A DNA stretch of 64,000 bases from a virus (IMGVR_UViG_3300012979_000028:21985-85984), one strand, 5' to 3'. Counted from the first letter of the stretch, positions 1 through 9,512 are shown. The notes: generated from the letters alone by a model not told the origin. Made by a program: numbers and translations.

Positions 1-636
1 GTCCACATTAGGTTCCAAGAGTGCAGGATTATTCTCTTTCCAGGCTCTATATAAACTAGTCGGACTGAAATTTGGATATAGTGTACGAATTCCTACTCCA
101 AGACCTTCAATCAAACCCCCTTTCATATATAAACATAAAGGCAAAGGGAGCGGAATATATGTTGGTTCTAGTGGTCCTTGTGGTGATTCTTCGTATGGTA
201 CCTCTTTGATTAAGTCCCCAATAATATCCCAATACAAGTCACTCAGTCTATTCTTTGTGTATCTGGTTGCTGCATGTGGGTTTTGGGTTCCATCTATGTC
301 TGTATTACCAAAGAATCCATGACCAGAAAATACTCCAGACCTAACTAACATTGCATTTAATCCCTCACAACCGTCTGTAGAATGTGGATGAACCTCTGAT
401 AATGAAGGAACAAATTCATGAGTAGGTACATCTTTTCCTCTCGGGTGTTTTGTCATCATATAGATTATTCTCTTATATGATACTTTACAACCATCCGCCA
501 CATTTGCAATAGCTCGGTGTGTATTAACGTAAGAGCCGTATAATGTATAACACTCTTCTGCCAATTGTCCTACAGGTAATGGTTTTATACACTCTCCCCC
601 TAGACTTTGACTATTATTATTTTTCTTCTTTGCCAT
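1..636 (-). CDS. DNA topoisomerase II medium subunit (GyrA/ParC-like, T4 gp52-like), N-terminal part; gene continues beyond window start
   Basis: ATG at 634-636 on minus strand. Translation MAKKKNNNSQSLGGECIKPLPVGQLAEECYTLYGSYVNTHRAIANVADGCKVSYKRIIYMM... matches the GyrA N-terminal signature ([21 protein letters not shown]). It is absent from the ORF track because the window edge truncates it. Confidence 0.75.
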   Translation of the reverse strand, partial: MAKKKNNNSQSLGGECIKPLPVGQLAEECYTLYGSYVNTHRAIANVADGCKVSYKRIIYMMTKHPRGKDVPTHEFVPSLSEVHPHSTDGCEGLNAMLVRSGVFSGHGFFGNTDIDGTQNPHAATRYTKNRLSDLYWDIIGDLIKEVPYEESPQGPLEPTYIPLPLPLCLYMKGGLIEGLGVGIRTLYPNFSPTSLYRAWKENNPALLEPNVD

Positions 637-641
637 AGTTT

Positions 642-1028
642 TTAAATATCTGTGAAATTATATGGATTAGTTAATATACCTTTATTCATTAACAGCTGCT
701 TTCTTGCATTAATATCCTCTACAAGTTTCATAGCATAATCAGCCCCGTCCGGAACCACCTGATATAATCGTCGTTTAGTCTCATCGTAGAAAACATCATA
801 TATATCATCTTCATCAAGACTTCCAAGGCCCTTAAAACGACGATAGTGTTTATTTGGATCCATACCAACTCTAAAAGGTGTCCCCGGAATTACTGGATCA
901 GACGGATAATAAAATACTCCATTCTGTTCAAATATCGGAGACTCTATGACATAAAGTAATCCAAAATCTATAATAAATCGTGCAAACTTTAAGAAAGCAT
1001 AACACAATCCATTTCGTATAGCATATCC
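642..1028 (-). CDS. DNA topoisomerase II large subunit (GyrB-like), exon 2 (T4 gp60-like C-terminal region)
   Basis: The frame stays open upstream of the tracked TTG start back to GGA at 1026-1028. The product GYAIRNGLCYAFLKF...RFKGLGSLDEDDIYDV aligns with GyrB GSHIRTLLLTFF...YKGLGEM. Stop codon at 642-644. Confidence 0.7.
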   Translation of the reverse strand, partial: GYAIRNGLCYAFLKFARFIIDFGLLYVIESPIFEQNGVFYYPSDPVIPGTPFRVGMDPNKHYRRFKGLGSLDEDDIYDVFYDETKRRLYQVVPDGADYAMKLVEDINARKQLLMNKGILTNPYNFTDI

Positions 1029-1349
1029 CAGTTATGTTTAGAATTAGTCGTCTACTCTAATCCTGAGATTTCTCTCCTCATACTCTCATATGAGCTCAGA
1101 CTATATTTTCACCTTCATCATTACATGGTCAGGTGTTGTATCTTTCGAACAGTCATTAATAGACTTACTGTCCTACTCTCTTTCGAGATAGTCGTTGAAG
1201 TTTATAAAATCTTACTCTTACAAACTGCGGATTGTCCCTATCATAAAGATTTTTACTAAAGATTTAGTACTTTATGCCTAACAGGAGTTCCCCGCTTTTA
1301 ATACAATTATACGGTATATATTTCTATATACTAGGACTATTTTTAGTTA
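1029..1349 (-). mobile_element. ORF-less group I intron inside topoisomerase II large-subunit gene
   Basis: On the minus strand it contains P7-forming R/S elements (CGACUAUCUCGAAAGAGAG ... GAAAAUAUAGUCUG) and a shared core AGTAAAAATCTTTATGATAGGGACAATCCGCAG. It is the same family as the introns in the polA gene. No ORF. Precise excision joins ...ATDADED to GYAIRNGL..., restoring the Toprim DxDxDG motif. The in-frame stop at 1347-1349 is intronic. Confidence 0.65.
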
Positions 1350-2966
1350 ATCCTCATCTGCATCTGTTGCTATCACAATTTTAGAAAATCTAGTATACCT
1401 CTGAATAAGTTCGTAAGCTTCTTCTGGGGTTTTTGCATCTTTTGTTACATTATTTACATCAATCCCTAGACCGATTAATTTAAAGATTGTGAAAAGCTCT
1501 TTATTATCCATTGCTTGATCTGCGGAAGAGTCTTTTACATTTTTAACCTTACCGCGAAGAGGCATTACTGCATTATACCTAGTGTCTTTTCTACCTTTCT
1601 TTAGTGAACCTGCAGCAGAAAGTCCTTCACACAAAAACAGACTACAATTCCATCTATCAGGAGCTGTCGCATCGGCAAAACCATTAGCAATTTCACCCTT
1701 CAGCTTATATACTCCTCTACCACCAGCATCATCAATAATCTTCTGAGCCTTATCAATCGCACTCAGGGACTTCATAGATTCAGCCAAGTAATTAAGTTTA
1801 TCTAAGTGAGCTGACCAGTAATCTTCATTCTTCTTAAATATCTTCTGAAAATCCTTAAGAACCTCACTGAAATCACCCTTCTTAACTTTTGTAATCTGCT
1901 TTAAGTTCTCCTTGGTCTGCGAATTAAATTGACACTCATTAGCTAGAACAATACAGACAAACTTCAGGCCATTTAGTAGATAATCATGCTTGACTTTGAA
2001 ATAATCCTTGAATGCATCCTTGAATAGATTCTTTACTAGGCTCATATGGCATCCATCATTACAAGTCAATCCATTTACACTACCGGCTGAAACTACATTA
2101 CCAAGTCCAGGGTCAGCTTCAAACGTAATATAAATACCTACCTGCTTGTTATAACTTGTATCCCTCGGCACTATAGTCTCCGTAATTTCAAACTTATACG
2201 GACTAAAACTACTTCTGATATTCTCTCCATTCACTATAACATTAACACGCTTCTTATAAAACTTTTCCTGAATTAATAAAAAGTATTGTAAGTTACTGAG
2301 AGGAATTTCTACATTAACGTTATCAAAAATTGTAGGATCCGGCTTGAATAATACTATAGTACTCTGACCCTCCGGGAGAGATATATAACCAGGGACATCT
2401 TTGAAAATCTCCTTCTCTAAGTCCCCAAGTCTACCAGCTCCTTCATATACCTTTAATCCTTCTTCCATGACTAAGATATAATAGAGATCCTTCCTGACTC
2501 TAGGCCCACTTTTTTCCCAAGCCTCATTTACCGCCGGAATTGATCTATTATAGTTATTCTCCGTAATCTTGGATAGAATAATATAGGAGCTCGACGTAAA
2601 ATTAACAGCACTAGATCCAATACCATTCATTCCTACTCTGGCTATTGTATCAGTTCCATCAAATTTACTACCACTATGAAATTCTGTAATACTAAGTTCT
2701 GCGGCGGTAATATTTGGCTTGTCTATACTCATACTAATCGGCAAACCTCTTCCATTATCCGCAACAAAACAATACCCATTAAAGTTATTACTAATTAAGA
2801 TCGTATCACCATAACCACTAGAAATCTCATCACAACTATTGTCTATGATCTCTCTGATAGTTATATTCGCATTCTCCGTAGATCCAAGGTACATTCCAGT
2901 TCTTCGTCTACATGCATCCCTTGGTGATAAAAATCTGATCTCTTCTTCGTTAATCTTTTCACTCAT
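1350..2966 (-). CDS. DNA topoisomerase II large subunit (GyrB-like ATPase + start of Toprim; T4 gp39-like), exon 1
   Basis: N-terminus MSEKINEEEIRFLSPRDACRRRTGMYLGST is typical of GyrB/topo II. A GHKL ATPase region follows. It ends IVIATDADED at the start of the Toprim motif. Confidence 0.85.
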
Positions 2967-3027
2967 AGTTTTTTATTTTTTTTTTATTTATTATCATTCT
3001 CTATTATAAGGAAAATAACCTGGTCTA

Positions 3028-5022
3028 TCATTCCTTTCTTTTAATTAATCTAAATCCTTCTTCGCGTTTCCCATTAACTGTAAAAACGCATCTCTTTAAT
3101 TCGAAATATTCTTCTAGATCTGTAGCTTTAGGTATTCTTGTTGATCCTAGGTCTGAATATATCTTCTTTAATTTTTCTTTTATTTCTTTTCTCATATATA
3201 ATTGATCCTCTTCAAAGTTCTTTAATATGGCTTCACTTAATGCAGTTGAACTAAAACCAGAATCTCTTTGTCCATTCAACTCTTTCTCTAAGTTCCCTTT
3301 TCTATATTTTAAATTTCTACATCTATCTACACCTAACACCGTATAGATTGATTTATAGATTAATGGAATTTGGTCTAAGATTACACTAAGTTCCTCTTTT
3401 TCTAAGACAGTTTCACAAAGTAGTTTCATTTTATCTGGAAATTGAGATAGGTTATTAAAGGCTGTCAAAAACTTTACCACTTCATCATCTCTATCTACCA
3501 GGCTTAAACTCTTTAAAGTATTAAAAACAGAAAATCGATCTTTATAATCTACCTGTTGTATATCAAAGGCTCTCTGCTCCGATACTAAGACGAGTTTATT
3601 TAATATAGGTACAAGATTTTTTCCTGTATGCTGATTGACTGCAACATAATGACTTTTATAATTAAACGTCTGAGCTAATTTTAAATATTCACCAGCTAAC
3701 GTACCTTTACTAGTATCTGGACTAGACTCGTATGAAATAAGTAAATCATTTGTTTTCTTTAACTTCTCATTAATAAAAGCATTAAACTCATCTCTACTTT
3801 TTACAACCTTTGAGGTCTTATAATAAAACTCAGCTCTATTTTTCCAAGGATTACTATCATTTCTCTGTCTTCCTAGAATTTGAGGTAGGTCTAAGGATAT
3901 GTCTACGCTCAAAGTTTCTATGTTAGCATCACTCAATACTATAGTTCTAGCATTAGTTGAATAAAAATCAGCTCCCAAGTAGACGGTTCTTGTACAAAAA
4001 GTAAACATCTTATGAGACTCTCCCTTTAATGGAATCTTGCCTATCTTCCAACCTTTTCCAAGTCTTCTCTTTAATTTTAAAACATTATCTGGAGTTCGGG
4101 CTACTAAGATATTACACTGCTCAGGCTTTAATCCACACTTATTGATTATTCCAAGTATATTAGATACTGAATTAACATAAAATACGGCTTCTCTTGATTC
4201 TATTGTTTGTATATCACCATTCTCATCTCTATAATTAACACTTTCAAATTCTCCAGAAAGATATTTACTAATAATTTCATAAGCCGGTTCATTTACACTT
4301 CTGCAGGTTTTTATTATTAAATCTGGTTTAAGTACTCTAAGTGGATCTTGAGTTTTCCAATCTAATTCTATATATGGCAAATCTTTAAATTCATCTAACT
4401 GTTCAAGATACTCATCAATCATTGGAGTAGCTGAAACAAAACTAACTTTATTGAGATTTTGAAGTTGAGAAATAAACTCTAACTCAGTTCCAGATTTAAA
4501 CCTAGAATCTGTAAAAATGCTCTGAAACTCATCTACTACTATTCTAAAACTACCTAATAAACTACCTAAAGTCTCTTTAACTAACCTGAAGGAATCATAC
4601 GTTACAAGAATTTTTATAGGCTTTTTCTCACAATAACATTGATCAACATAAGACTTTATTTTATTCTTAAGCTCTTCAATAATCTTTCTTCTTACTTCTT
4701 CTGGTGTAATGTCTACTAATCTGGTTGAAACTTTAGTAGAACCTTTAGTAACCTTTTCCAAATCTTTATCTACTGCTTCATCCTGATCTAGTTCATTTTT
4801 TACATAAAGTATTTCTCCAGGATGTTGGTTTTCTTTATTCTCTAATAGTAATTTTCTTGGAGAACAAAGGATAATGTCTTCAGAGTTAGTTATACAATAT
4901 TCAGTAAAACCACAACCAGGTATCTTTTTATCAATGATACATGGATAATCAGGAATAGTAAAACCATTCCATTCACTTAAAAATCTGATTCCTTTTGGAA
5001 CTTCAATCGTTTCTTTCTTCAT
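3028..5022 (-). CDS. putative SF2 helicase-like protein
   Basis: 664-aa ORF with a DExQ-like box (IVVDEFQ) and a SAT motif (FVSATP). Walker A is degenerate. Function is tentative. Confidence 0.45.
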   Translation of the reverse strand: MKKETIEVPKGIRFLSEWNGFTIPDYPCIIDKKIPGCGFTEYCITNSEDIILCSPRKLLLENKENQHPGEILYVKNELDQDEAVDKDLEKVTKGSTKVSTRLVDITPEEVRRKIIEELKNKIKSYVDQCYCEKKPIKILVTYDSFRLVKETLGSLLGSFRIVVDEFQSIFTDSRFKSGTELEFISQLQNLNKVSFVSATPMIDEYLEQLDEFKDLPYIELDWKTQDPLRVLKPDLIIKTCRSVNEPAYEIISKYLSGEFESVNYRDENGDIQTIESREAVFYVNSVSNILGIINKCGLKPEQCNILVARTPDNVLKLKRRLGKGWKIGKIPLKGESHKMFTFCTRTVYLGADFYSTNARTIVLSDANIETLSVDISLDLPQILGRQRNDSNPWKNRAEFYYKTSKVVKSRDEFNAFINEKLKKTNDLLISYESSPDTSKGTLAGEYLKLAQTFNYKSHYVAVNQHTGKNLVPILNKLVLVSEQRAFDIQQVDYKDRFSVFNTLKSLSLVDRDDEVVKFLTAFNNLSQFPDKMKLLCETVLEKEELSVILDQIPLIYKSIYTVLGVDRCRNLKYRKGNLEKELNGQRDSGFSSTALSEAILKNFEEDQLYMRKEIKEKLKKIYSDLGSTRIPKATDLEEYFELKRCVFTVNGKREEGFRLIKRKE

Positions 5023-5568
5023 TTTCTTGGATTTTTTAATTGAGTAGGGAGGCGAAGCTTCCCTTAGTTATATTTATCATTTTCTATCACTTTTAAGAAT
5101 AATAGCCTGAATTATCAGAGAAATTGGAAAAATTATTACAACCTGAGCTCAATATCAATATATGTTATGAAAAATTCCACACCTTTATTTACTCTAACTA
5201 ACTCTCTCTACTCTCCTCCATTCATCCAACCCTATTCTCCTTCTCTCCTTTCAGTCGATCAGTGAATAGGGTTGCACGATGCGCCTCAACCGGCGAAGCC
5301 TAAATTGAAGTAATATTATTCTCTCTTTAATTGACTTAACTATAATTAAATTAAATGAGGCTTTTTTGTTTAATCTCTTTAGAAAAATAAAAGAAACATT
5401 AAGGAGAGATAATAAACACCCTCCGGGGGTTTGTTCAAGTTCTCACTATCGAAGCGACCTGGAGACGGGAGCGAAGATGGGAGGACGCTACGCCTCCCTA
5501 CTCGAAATTTTTCTCCAACATCGAACAAGAAAAAAAAGCTTTCGGACGAATCCTACTTGCTTTTTCTC

Positions 5569-5925
5569 TCACCACTCTATTTCAATTTCACCTTTCGATT
5601 CTTTATCTGCTAACCAAAGTCTCAGACTTCTTTCAACTTGATCTCGAGGCATTATCTTTCTTCTTTCATCCTCTGTTATCAGTTCGTCTAGAATATTTTT
5701 AATCCTAGATATAAATCCTCCGACTTCAGAATAAGAGATGATAGGTGATAGAATAAAGATATACATGTTACCTTTTACTTTCAACTCTATTTCTTTGTCT
5801 TCTGCAATTTGTTTTTGGAGAAATACAGAAATCTCTTCTGATGACATATTATCTCCCGTAAATTGAAATTTTGCTTTAACGGCATTAGTATCAGTACTTG
5901 ATACTTTAAATAAGTTTAATTTCAT
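5569..5925 (-). CDS. hypothetical protein
   Basis: 118-aa ORF on the dominant strand. Promoter-like CCTTATACATGAG lies about 25 nt upstream. Confidence 0.5.
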   Translation of the reverse strand: MKLNLFKVSSTDTNAVKAKFQFTGDNMSSEEISVFLQKQIAEDKEIELKVKGNMYIFILSPIISYSEVGGFISRIKNILDELITEDERRKIMPRDQVERSLRLWLADKESKGEIEIEW

Positions 5926-6029
5926 GTTTTTTTTATTTGTGTTTTTTACTCATGTATAAGGCTTTTAGAGGTGGAGAAAAAAATAAAGGCTTTCAGATAG
6001 CCAATGTGGGATCCTACTCACCTTTTATT

Positions 6030-6281
6030 TTAGTTTTCTTCTCTTCTTTTTTCTTCCTCTCTTACTAGAGAATAGAAATTTTTCTCATCCTCATCAGAAG
6101 AGAATTCGATTTCTATTGAGTGCCATTCATAAACAAACTCAATAGTTACTTTGATAATATTCTCTTCTTTGAAGGGTACTGCGAATTCCCATATCTCAGG
6201 GTCATCGCTCTCCCAAGCACTGGTGTAACCAATTTTCTTAAAAGTGTTCCTACACCATTCAAAGATATCTACTTTATCCAT
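6030..6281 (-). CDS. hypothetical small acidic protein
   Basis: 83-aa ORF preceded by the conserved 33-nt leader and a promoter-like motif. Confidence 0.5.
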   Translation of the reverse strand: MDKVDIFEWCRNTFKKIGYTSAWESDDPEIWEFAVPFKEENIIKVTIEFVYEWHSIEIEFSSDEDEKNFYSLVREEEKRREEN

Positions 6282-6285
6282 AACT

Positions 6286-6318
6286 TTATACGATTAACCT
6301 ATACATCGCGAGGTTTTT
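6286..6318 (-). promoter_or_regulatory. conserved 33-nt 5' leader element (copy 1)
   Basis: Identical 33-mer immediately upstream of the start codon of 6030..6281. Potential hairpin AACCT...AGGTT. Confidence 0.5.
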
Positions 6319-6350
6319 TAGTTAATGATTATTTTTTTTTTATTCTTTTC

Positions 6351-6362
6351 TCATATATAAGG
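6351..6362 (-). promoter_or_regulatory. promoter-like motif CCTTATATATGA (mRNA sense)
   Basis: One of more than 25 occurrences of CYTTATAWATG upstream of minus-strand genes. Other copies near 5951, 6529, 29781, 29967, 30873, 31213, 32721, 41511, 41943, 42523, 42643, 44570, 47690, 49112, 62660, 63292. Confidence 0.45.
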
Positions 6363-6606
6363 TTTTCAGATTGGTTAGAGGAGGTGAAAAAAAAATAAAT
6401 AAAACTGAGACTCTTCATGCGGAGGTTAAATGCTCGTCAGCTGCTTAACCCCTTACTACTATTTAAGATTCTTTATAAATAGAATCCGCAGCATACTTCG
6501 AGTCCCAGTATTTTCTTTCTCATATTTCTCATATATAAGATTTTCAGCCGTTTTGAAAAGAAAAAATAAAGCCTAACCCTCTTCTGAGCTAGACTTCACT
6601 TTCTCT

Positions 6607-6767
6607 TACCTTTCTGGCTGCTTTTTACCCAATAATAAATAGATTATCAAAGCAAAAATTCCAAAGAAAGCCCCACAAAATATAGCAAGACCAACGCTTC
6701 TATTCTTGTTATTTGCAACTATTCCACAGCAAATTGCGAAGAACATCATAAATAATAATAGTACCAT
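6607..6767 (-). CDS. small hydrophobic membrane peptide (about 52 aa), below ORF-track cutoff
   Basis: ATG at 6765-6767. Translation MVLLLFMMFFAICCGIVANNKNRSVGLAIFCGAFFGIFALIIYLLLGKKQPER, dominant strand. Confidence 0.35.
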
Positions 6768-6798
6768 ATTTTTCAGTTTTTAAATAAATAATCCTGCG

Positions 6799-7185
6799 TT
6801 ATAATTCATCTTGTCGTATTTTTTCTATTTTATTCTTAGAAATGCTGTCCTCGTATGTTATAAAGATTCTTTTGATTGAATCTATAGATACACTTATAAA
6901 GCCTCCTTCGATGAAGAAAACACTATAGTAATTGCACTTTCCGTCTTTTACAAATTTTAATTTTTCATAGTCAGAATATGGATATTCTTCAAACTCAGAT
7001 GTTGAAATCAGTGGAACTCCATACTTTTGTGTAAACCGATAAACTATGTCATTATAATCAGATTCAAGTTTGGCCCAGGACATATCATAACTGCCTGGTA
7101 GAACTATACGGCAAAAACTTAGAATGTTATAATCTTCCCTTAAAACAAAATCACAACCTAGATATCCCTGAAAAGTACCAGACAT
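6799..7185 (-). CDS. hypothetical protein
   Basis: 128-aa ORF on the dominant strand. Confidence 0.5.
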   Translation of the reverse strand: MSGTFQGYLGCDFVLREDYNILSFCRIVLPGSYDMSWAKLESDYNDIVYRFTQKYGVPLISTSEFEEYPYSDYEKLKFVKDGKCNYYSVFFIEGGFISVSIDSIKRIFITYEDSISKNKIEKIRQDEL

Positions 7186-7381
7186 GTAAATAAAGTTTTT
7201 TTTCTAAGTTATTTTTATTTATTTTACATCCTTTTGTTTGTAAATGAGTAGCCATTTCTAACATACTGCAATCCATGGATTTACCCATAAATTTCAATCT
7301 CTGAGTTGAAGTTGCCTGTTGTGCAAATGAACTAATAAATGTGATGAAAACTGTTAACAATAAAATTAATCTTTTCTTCAT
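7151..7381 (-). CDS. small secreted protein (signal peptide)
   Basis: MKKRLILLLTVFITFISSFAQQ is signal-peptide-like. Confidence 0.4.
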   Translation of the reverse strand: MKKRLILLLTVFITFISSFAQQATSTQRLKFMGKSMDCSMLEMATHLQTKGCKINKNNLEKKLYLHVWYFSGISRL

Positions 7382-7407
7382 AGTTTTTATATTTAGTTTA
7401 TTAATTA

Positions 7408-7533
7408 TTATTTTCTTTTGTGATATACCTTTTTACCATTCTTACTATAATGATAAACTCCACCTCTTGGGCCTACTCTATTCAATCCAAGAAAACCAAA
7501 GATAATAATACAAATAAGAATTAATACTTCCAT
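7408..7533 (-). CDS. 41-aa membrane peptide with C-terminal GPRGGVYHYSKNGKKVYHKRK motif
   Basis: ATG at 7531-7533. Translation MEVLILICIIIFGFLGLNRVGPRGGVYHYSKNGKKVYHKRK. The C-terminus matches the C-terminus of ORF 8362..8847. Confidence 0.35.
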   Translation of the reverse strand: MEVLILICIIIFGFLGLNRVGPRGGVYHYSKNGKKVYHKRK

Positions 7534-7669
7534 ATTTTTTTTCAGTTTTTTAATTTAAAGTTTGATTCAAAATTGTCTAAGTATTTCTCCACTTCATACT
7601 ACTTTTATACCTGAAATTGCTTTAAAGATATAAGGTAGAACTAATATTATTAAAGTTATAATTTCCATT

Positions 7670-8365
7670 TTATTTATTTATTTCTTCAATGTATCCTGCA
7701 GTAAGTATTCCCGATGGTAATGCTATAATTGCTATTCCAACCAGAGAAGATATCATACTTATTACTCTTCCTAAATTTGATATTGGATATACATCTCCAT
7801 ACCCAACTGTAGTTAAAGTACAAGTAGCCCAGTAAATAGCATCTAAGAAATTTTCAAAGAATACTTCGCCTGATTTTGTTACTGGTTCTTCTATATTAAA
7901 CATCACGAGTGCTGTAATATAGATATAAAATAGGGCGAATCCAATTACTGTCAGTAATAATTGTTTCTTTTTTCTAAATACTTTTATTATTATTTTAACA
8001 GGTTTATAATATTCAAGAAACTTTATAATTCTTAACAATCTCAATAATTTCCAAATTCTAAATATTTTAAGATTATTATTGAAATAATTTATTACTGGTA
8101 ATATAGCCATTAAATCTACTATAGACCCTATCGTAAATGGATATTTGATTGGATTTTTAGAAATTATCCACTTAAGAGTGTAATCTATGATAAATACTAT
8201 ACTTACTAATATTTCTGTTATAGTAAATATAATATAATTATCTCTGAACATTAATGGAAAAAGACTAATTATTGTTGACCATAATAATATTCTATTGTAA
8301 ATATTATTATTTATTAAACGCCGAATATTATTAAAATAGTAGTATTTTTCTTTATTCCAATTCAT
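7670..8365 (-). CDS. voltage-gated-type potassium channel (6TM)
   Basis: Selectivity filter TLTTVGYGDVYP. S4-like helix IWKLLRLLRIIKF with a basic residue every third position. Pore helix and S5/S6 segments are present. Confidence 0.75.
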   Translation of the reverse strand: MNWNKEKYYYFNNIRRLINNNIYNRILLWSTIISLFPLMFRDNYIIFTITEILVSIVFIIDYTLKWIISKNPIKYPFTIGSIVDLMAILPVINYFNNNLKIFRIWKLLRLLRIIKFLEYYKPVKIIIKVFRKKKQLLLTVIGFALFYIYITALVMFNIEEPVTKSGEVFFENFLDAIYWATCTLTTVGYGDVYPISNLGRVISMISSLVGIAIIALPSGILTAGYIEEINK

Positions 8366-8847
8366 TTTCTTTTTATATAAGTTTTATTTCCATTTTTATT
8401 AATATAATAACGTCCTCCGCGAGGACCTACATAGATATTGTATTTGTATGACTCATTACTTTTATAAGCCTTATTTCTATTTACTTGTTTCTTTTCAACG
8501 TGACCTTCTTTTTTATCCTTTATAGATTTATCTTCTATAGAGCCTTTCTTGATGATCTGACCTGTGATTACACCAGCCTCTGTGTTAGCTACAACTATAT
8601 AGACGTAATCCTTAACCAAGTTAGCAACGTTAACTACATTAGACTCATAAGAAGCAACCAAAGAACCATCTGCAGAGTAAACAGCTACGCTATTAACACC
8701 TTCGTTAGCTACAGTGATAACATCAGCTGCAGGGTTAGGATAGATAGAGATCTCACCCTTAGCAACAATAGTATCATTCATGCTGTTTTGAGAAAATAAC
8801 GTACATGAATAACCGATAACTAATAGTAAAATTAAAAGTTTCTTCAT
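8362..8847 (-). CDS. secreted protein (signal peptide), C-terminal GPRGGRYYINKNGNKTYIKRK motif
   Basis: MKKLLILLLVIGYSCTLFSQ signal peptide. 4-nt overlap with the channel gene. Confidence 0.55.
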   Translation of the reverse strand: MKKLLILLLVIGYSCTLFSQNSMNDTIVAKGEISIYPNPAADVITVANEGVNSVAVYSADGSLVASYESNVVNVANLVKDYVYIVVANTEAGVITGQIIKKGSIEDKSIKDKKEGHVEKKQVNRNKAYKSNESYKYNIYVGPRGGRYYINKNGNKTYIKRK

Positions 8848-8965
8848 AGTTTTTATTGTTTATTTTTATAATTCACCTACTAATCTCATAAATAAGCCAG
8901 AAAATTAGGAATAAAACCAGAATTGATAATGAATTAAATAACACCATACTTCTTTTTTTTTATTT

Positions 8966-9292
8966 CTAACCAAACTTTTCCATTGCTTCTTCCCAAGTAT
9001 AAAAGCCTTCTTCATTTTCCGGCTTCCACCATACATCTCCGAACTTAATTCCGCCTTCAAATGGCCAATCGGAAACAAGTCTAACGCTCGCGGAATGATT
9101 AATTTTCAAAAATGTTATATTAAGCCCATCAAATACGTATGCATGTTTACCTGACTCCTCAAAATCAGAGCACCAACAAAAACTTCGATCTATCGGATCT
9201 TCTTCATCTTGATTGAGACGAACATCGTAGAAATGTAATTTATTTCCAGATTCTTCATTCAAAAAAAATTCTACACTTACTATCACTATCAA
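8966..9292 (-). CDS. hypothetical protein
   Basis: 108-aa ORF. Confidence 0.45.
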   Translation of the reverse strand: MIVIVSVEFFLNEESGNKLHFYDVRLNQDEEDPIDRSFCWCSDFEESGKHAYVFDGLNITFLKINHSASVRLVSDWPFEGGIKFGDVWWKPENEEGFYTWEEAMEKFG

Positions 9293-9512
9293 GTTTCGAA
9301 AATTCTCGTCTTATGCTAATAAATTCTTCTCGTGTTGGGAGCCTAAGATATGGAGACACACGATACTCATATCTTTCTTCAAGTACATAATCCTCATTGA
9401 AGTCCTCGATATCTTCCCATTCTGAACATTCTGCTGTCCTTCGTTGTATTGTTCTGCCTTTCTTGCAGGCATCTTCATATAGTTTAATAGCTTCTTTAAT
9501 TGTATGTTTCAT
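9255..9512 (-). CDS. hypothetical protein
   Basis: 85-aa ORF. Confidence 0.4.
   Translation of the reverse strand: MKHTIKEAIKLYEDACKKGRTIQRRTAECSEWEDIEDFNEDYVLEERYEYRVSPYLRLPTREEFISIRREFSKLDSDSKCRIFFE

Noticed and set aside
1008-1346. T4 gene-60-style translational bypass or simple 39/60 gene split
   Set aside because: The gap is 321 nt (T4 bypass is 50 nt) and contains P7/P8 and core elements shared with seven other introns. Precise excision restores the Toprim motif in frame.
5366-5641. Plus-strand ORFs 5366..5641 and 5431..5613
   Set aside because: They lie in a GC-rich, hairpin-filled non-coding stretch. Composition is low-complexity (R/S/K-rich), they are antisense to genome polarity, and no promoter or RBS is visible.
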